Below are positions 40,659 through 42,533 of a DNA stretch of 42,533 nucleotides, in pieces (positions within the stretch are counted from its first letter, which is position 1; each line of letters opens with the position of its first letter). The stretch lies in the IMG/VR virus record IMGVR_UViG_3300010286_000001. One strand, written 5' to 3'. Below the pieces are notes generated by a model. It was not told the origin of the DNA. It saw only the letters and a program-made list of their open reading frames with translations, and ran no database searches. The translations under genes were made by a program, and so were the position numbers. The DNA comes from a virus.

Positions 40659-40845
40659 GAAATGCAAGATATAGGGTTGGGGCATAACGTCGCGTTGATT
40701 TATGTTATATAGGGTGGGTGCTGCGACGTACTTGGGTTGCTTGCCCTTCTTTCCTCCTCCTTTCTCCCTGTTGATGCCCGCGCAAGGAGTTCCCCCTTCG
40801 CCTTGCGCGGGCTGCAGGCATGAATAACGGAAAAGGAGCGGTTAT
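40659..40845 (+). ncRNA. Candidate structured leader / ncRNA upstream of the portal gene
   Basis: 7-bp stem acgtcgc/gcgacgt (40687-40693 with 40723-40729). G-tracts gggttgggg and gggtgggtg. A 27-nt CU tract at 40744-40770. A perfect 12-bp stem gcccgcgcaagg/ccttgcgcgggc (40776-40787 with 40801-40812). Confidence 0.35.
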
Positions 40846-42300
40846 ATGGGTCTGTTCGGCCGGAGAAAAATAGTTCTTGATGTAGTTGAAGTGACACAAG
40901 AAAACGTCGTGCAATTGCTGCGCGACGCTTTAGCCATACATCTTGTTAACGCTTCGGAAGTTGATCGCCTTTTCAATTACTACCGAGGCAATCAGCCGAT
41001 TCTGAACCGCACAAAGGAAATTCGTCCGGAGATTTGCAACAAGATTGTCGAAAACCGAGCGAATGAGATTGTTTCGTTTAAGTCTGGCTATTTGTGCGGC
41101 GAACCGCTACAGTATGTCAGCCGTGGTGGAACGGAAGAGATAGCACGAGGCATCCAGGAACTTAACGACATGATGTTGCTGAACGGTAAGCCAGCGCGCG
41201 ATAAGGAGCTTGCCGACTGGATGTATACGAGCGGGCATGGCAATCGGATGGTCCTGCCGAACAATGGCAATATCATTGAAGACATCGTGCCGCGGATTAG
41301 ACGTGGCGCAAATTTGTCGATTAAGGACGAGGCTCCGTTCCGTGTGTTTACGCTCGATCCTCGCTCTTCATTTGTGGCATATTCTGCAACGCTTGGTGAG
41401 CCGCCGCTGATGGGCGTGAAGTATGTAGATCGCAAAATCAATGACGAGACCAAGCGCATATATAGTATTTATACTCCGAACAGCTACTTTGAGGTTATTG
41501 ACAATAATGTCACAAAAGAAGCGCCAAATCCAATTGGTTATGTTCCAATCGTTGAATATCCGCTTAACACTGCCAGACTCGGTGCGTTCGAGATCGTTAT
41601 TCCAATACTGAACGCAATTAATACCGTGCAGAGCAACCGGCTTGATGGTATTGAGCAGTTCGTGCAATGTCTTTGGGTGCTGTACAATGCCGATATTGAC
41701 GACAAAATAGCGAAGAACCTGAGAGATGCTGGGCTTATCAAGCTCAAGAGCTTTGGTGAGAACAAAGCTGACATCAAGGTCATTGCAGAACAGCTCGATC
41801 AGCAGCAGACGCAGACGCTTGTGGACTATATGTACCAGACTGTGCTGAATATTGTCGGAATGCCGAACCGAAACGGCGGCTCAAGCACATCCGATACCGG
41901 CGCCGCCACAATCGTGCGAGACGGCTGGGCGGCTGCCGAGGCACGGGCGAAAGAAGATGAAATCATGTTTAAGGAGTCCGAGCGACAGTTCCTTAAGATT
42001 GTGCTGAAAATCCTCCGCGATACGGTTGGGACTCCTCTGAGCCTGTCGGACATCGATATAAAGTTCACGCGTCGGAATTATGAAAATATTCAAGTCAAGG
42101 CGCAAGTCTTGGATATTATGCTCAAGAACCCGAAGATTGCCCCGGAACTTGCGTTTACATATTGCGGCATGTTCTCAGACCCGCAGGATGCGGCGAGGCA
42201 GAGTGAAGAATACTTCAATAGCGTGAAGGCCGGGCAACTGGTAAATGGTGCTGTTGGAAGTTCTTTAGAGGGTGATAACAATAACGGATTGGCGATCTGA
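40846..42300 (+). CDS. Portal protein (SPP1 gp6-like)
   Basis: 484 aa; FNYYRGNQPILNRTK and NKIVENRANEIVSFKSGYLCGEP are typical of the SPP1-type portal N-terminal region; follows terL. Confidence 0.9.
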   Translation: MGLFGRRKIVLDVVEVTQENVVQLLRDALAIHLVNASEVDRLFNYYRGNQPILNRTKEIRPEICNKIVENRANEIVSFKSGYLCGEPLQYVSRGGTEEIARGIQELNDMMLLNGKPARDKELADWMYTSGHGNRMVLPNNGNIIEDIVPRIRRGANLSIKDEAPFRVFTLDPRSSFVAYSATLGEPPLMGVKYVDRKINDETKRIYSIYTPNSYFEVIDNNVTKEAPNPIGYVPIVEYPLNTARLGAFEIVIPILNAINTVQSNRLDGIEQFVQCLWVLYNADIDDKIAKNLRDAGLIKLKSFGENKADIKVIAEQLDQQQTQTLVDYMYQTVLNIVGMPNRNGGSSTSDTGAATIVRDGWAAAEARAKEDEIMFKESERQFLKIVLKILRDTVGTPLSLSDIDIKFTRRNYENIQVKAQVLDIMLKNPKIAPELAFTYCGMFSDPQDAARQSEEYFNSVKAGQLVNGAVGSSLEGDNNNGLAI

Positions 42301-42533
42301 GGCGAAGCGGCTTGTGTTTGAAGAGGGCAAGTCGTGGGCCGAAGTGTCTGATGCCCTGCATGACCGCTTCCCTGATAAAACTTGGTGGCAAGTTCGGAAT
42401 AAAGTGCGTGACTATATCAGGAGCACGCCTGAATATGCGGAGCGGCATAAACCAAACAGTGATATTCCTGATAAGTCAAGCATCGAATATTGCCAAGACG
42501 GGACAATCGTCTCTGAAAAGTTTATCATCCTCA
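42272..42533 (+). CDS. Probable 5' part of the wrap-around ORF that ends at 1166 (candidate starts GTG 42272 or GTG 42314)
   Basis: Frame is open from the stop at 42266-42268 to the window end and is continuous with frame 3 of bases 3-1166. Encodes EAKRLVFEEGKSWAEVSDALHDRFPDKTWWQVRNKVRDYIRSTPEYAERHK, a helical HTH-like segment. Confidence 0.5.
   Translation, partial: MITITDWRSEAKRLVFEEGKSWAEVSDALHDRFPDKTWWQVRNKVRDYIRSTPEYAERHKPNSDIPDKSSIEYCQDGTIVSEKFIIL
42411..42533. repeat. Terminal direct repeat copy 2 (identical to 1-123)
   Basis: Verbatim identity with bases 1-123. Confidence 0.95.

Noticed and set aside
40700-40914. Two minus-strand ORFs (65 and 69 aa) in the terL-portal gap
   Set aside because: They are generated by reading the polypurine complement of the CU-rich tract (RRRKEG... 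products), have no RBS and overlap the portal start. The region is better treated as non-coding RNA or leader.

Overview
The window is one complete, circularly closed tailed-phage genome. Bases 1-123 are identical to 42411-42533, so the unique length is 42410 bp. It looks like a temperate siphovirus of a Firmicutes/Clostridia-type host, judging by XkdX, a TcdE-like holin, an ImmA/XRE switch, a phage sigma factor and a tRNA-Leu attP. Gene order on the + strand: post-portal enzyme-like ORF (wraps the junction), Com-like Zn ribbon, scaffold, major capsid, head-tail connectors, major tail protein, G/GT chaperone with a canonical G_GGA_AAC -1 slippery site, tape measure, Dit/Tal-like proteins, collagen plus beta-helix tail fibre, XkdX, endolysin, holin. 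Then comes the lysogeny module on the - strand: a two-gene moron, attP with a tRNA-Leu 3' fragment, tyrosine integrase, ImmA-like protein and XRE repressor. An early + strand operon follows: Xis/Cro-like HTH, HNH, SleB-like hydrolase, sigma factor, pentapeptide-repeat protein, C5-MTase-like protein, an array of Cys-rich small proteins including a frameshifted Lar homologue, HAD-like protein, DUF5664-type NTP-PPase, ThyX, Sak4-like ATPase, DUF669, ERCC4 nuclease, CHC2 primase finger, DUF927-type helicase, iteron origin and terS. The most unusual structure is a 4.6-kb self-contained antisense island inserted between terS and terL. It carries eight small, mostly acidic - strand ORFs of unrecognised family, punctuated by a perfect 79-bp repeat, and ends in a 22-aa hydrophobic peptide plus terminator. 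It is driven by one of two near-identical divergent consensus promoters that flank a GC-rich tandem repeat, and the other promoter drives a truncated large serine recombinase. Other candidates for new biology: the consensus-promoter two-gene cassette at the lysis/attP junction; a reverse-strand Zn-ribbon membrane moron after the tape measure; a metallophosphoesterase-like protein in the post-portal slot; and a consensus promoter plus structured about 190-nt leader between terL and portal. All functional calls come from motif recognition by eye, and no searches were run.
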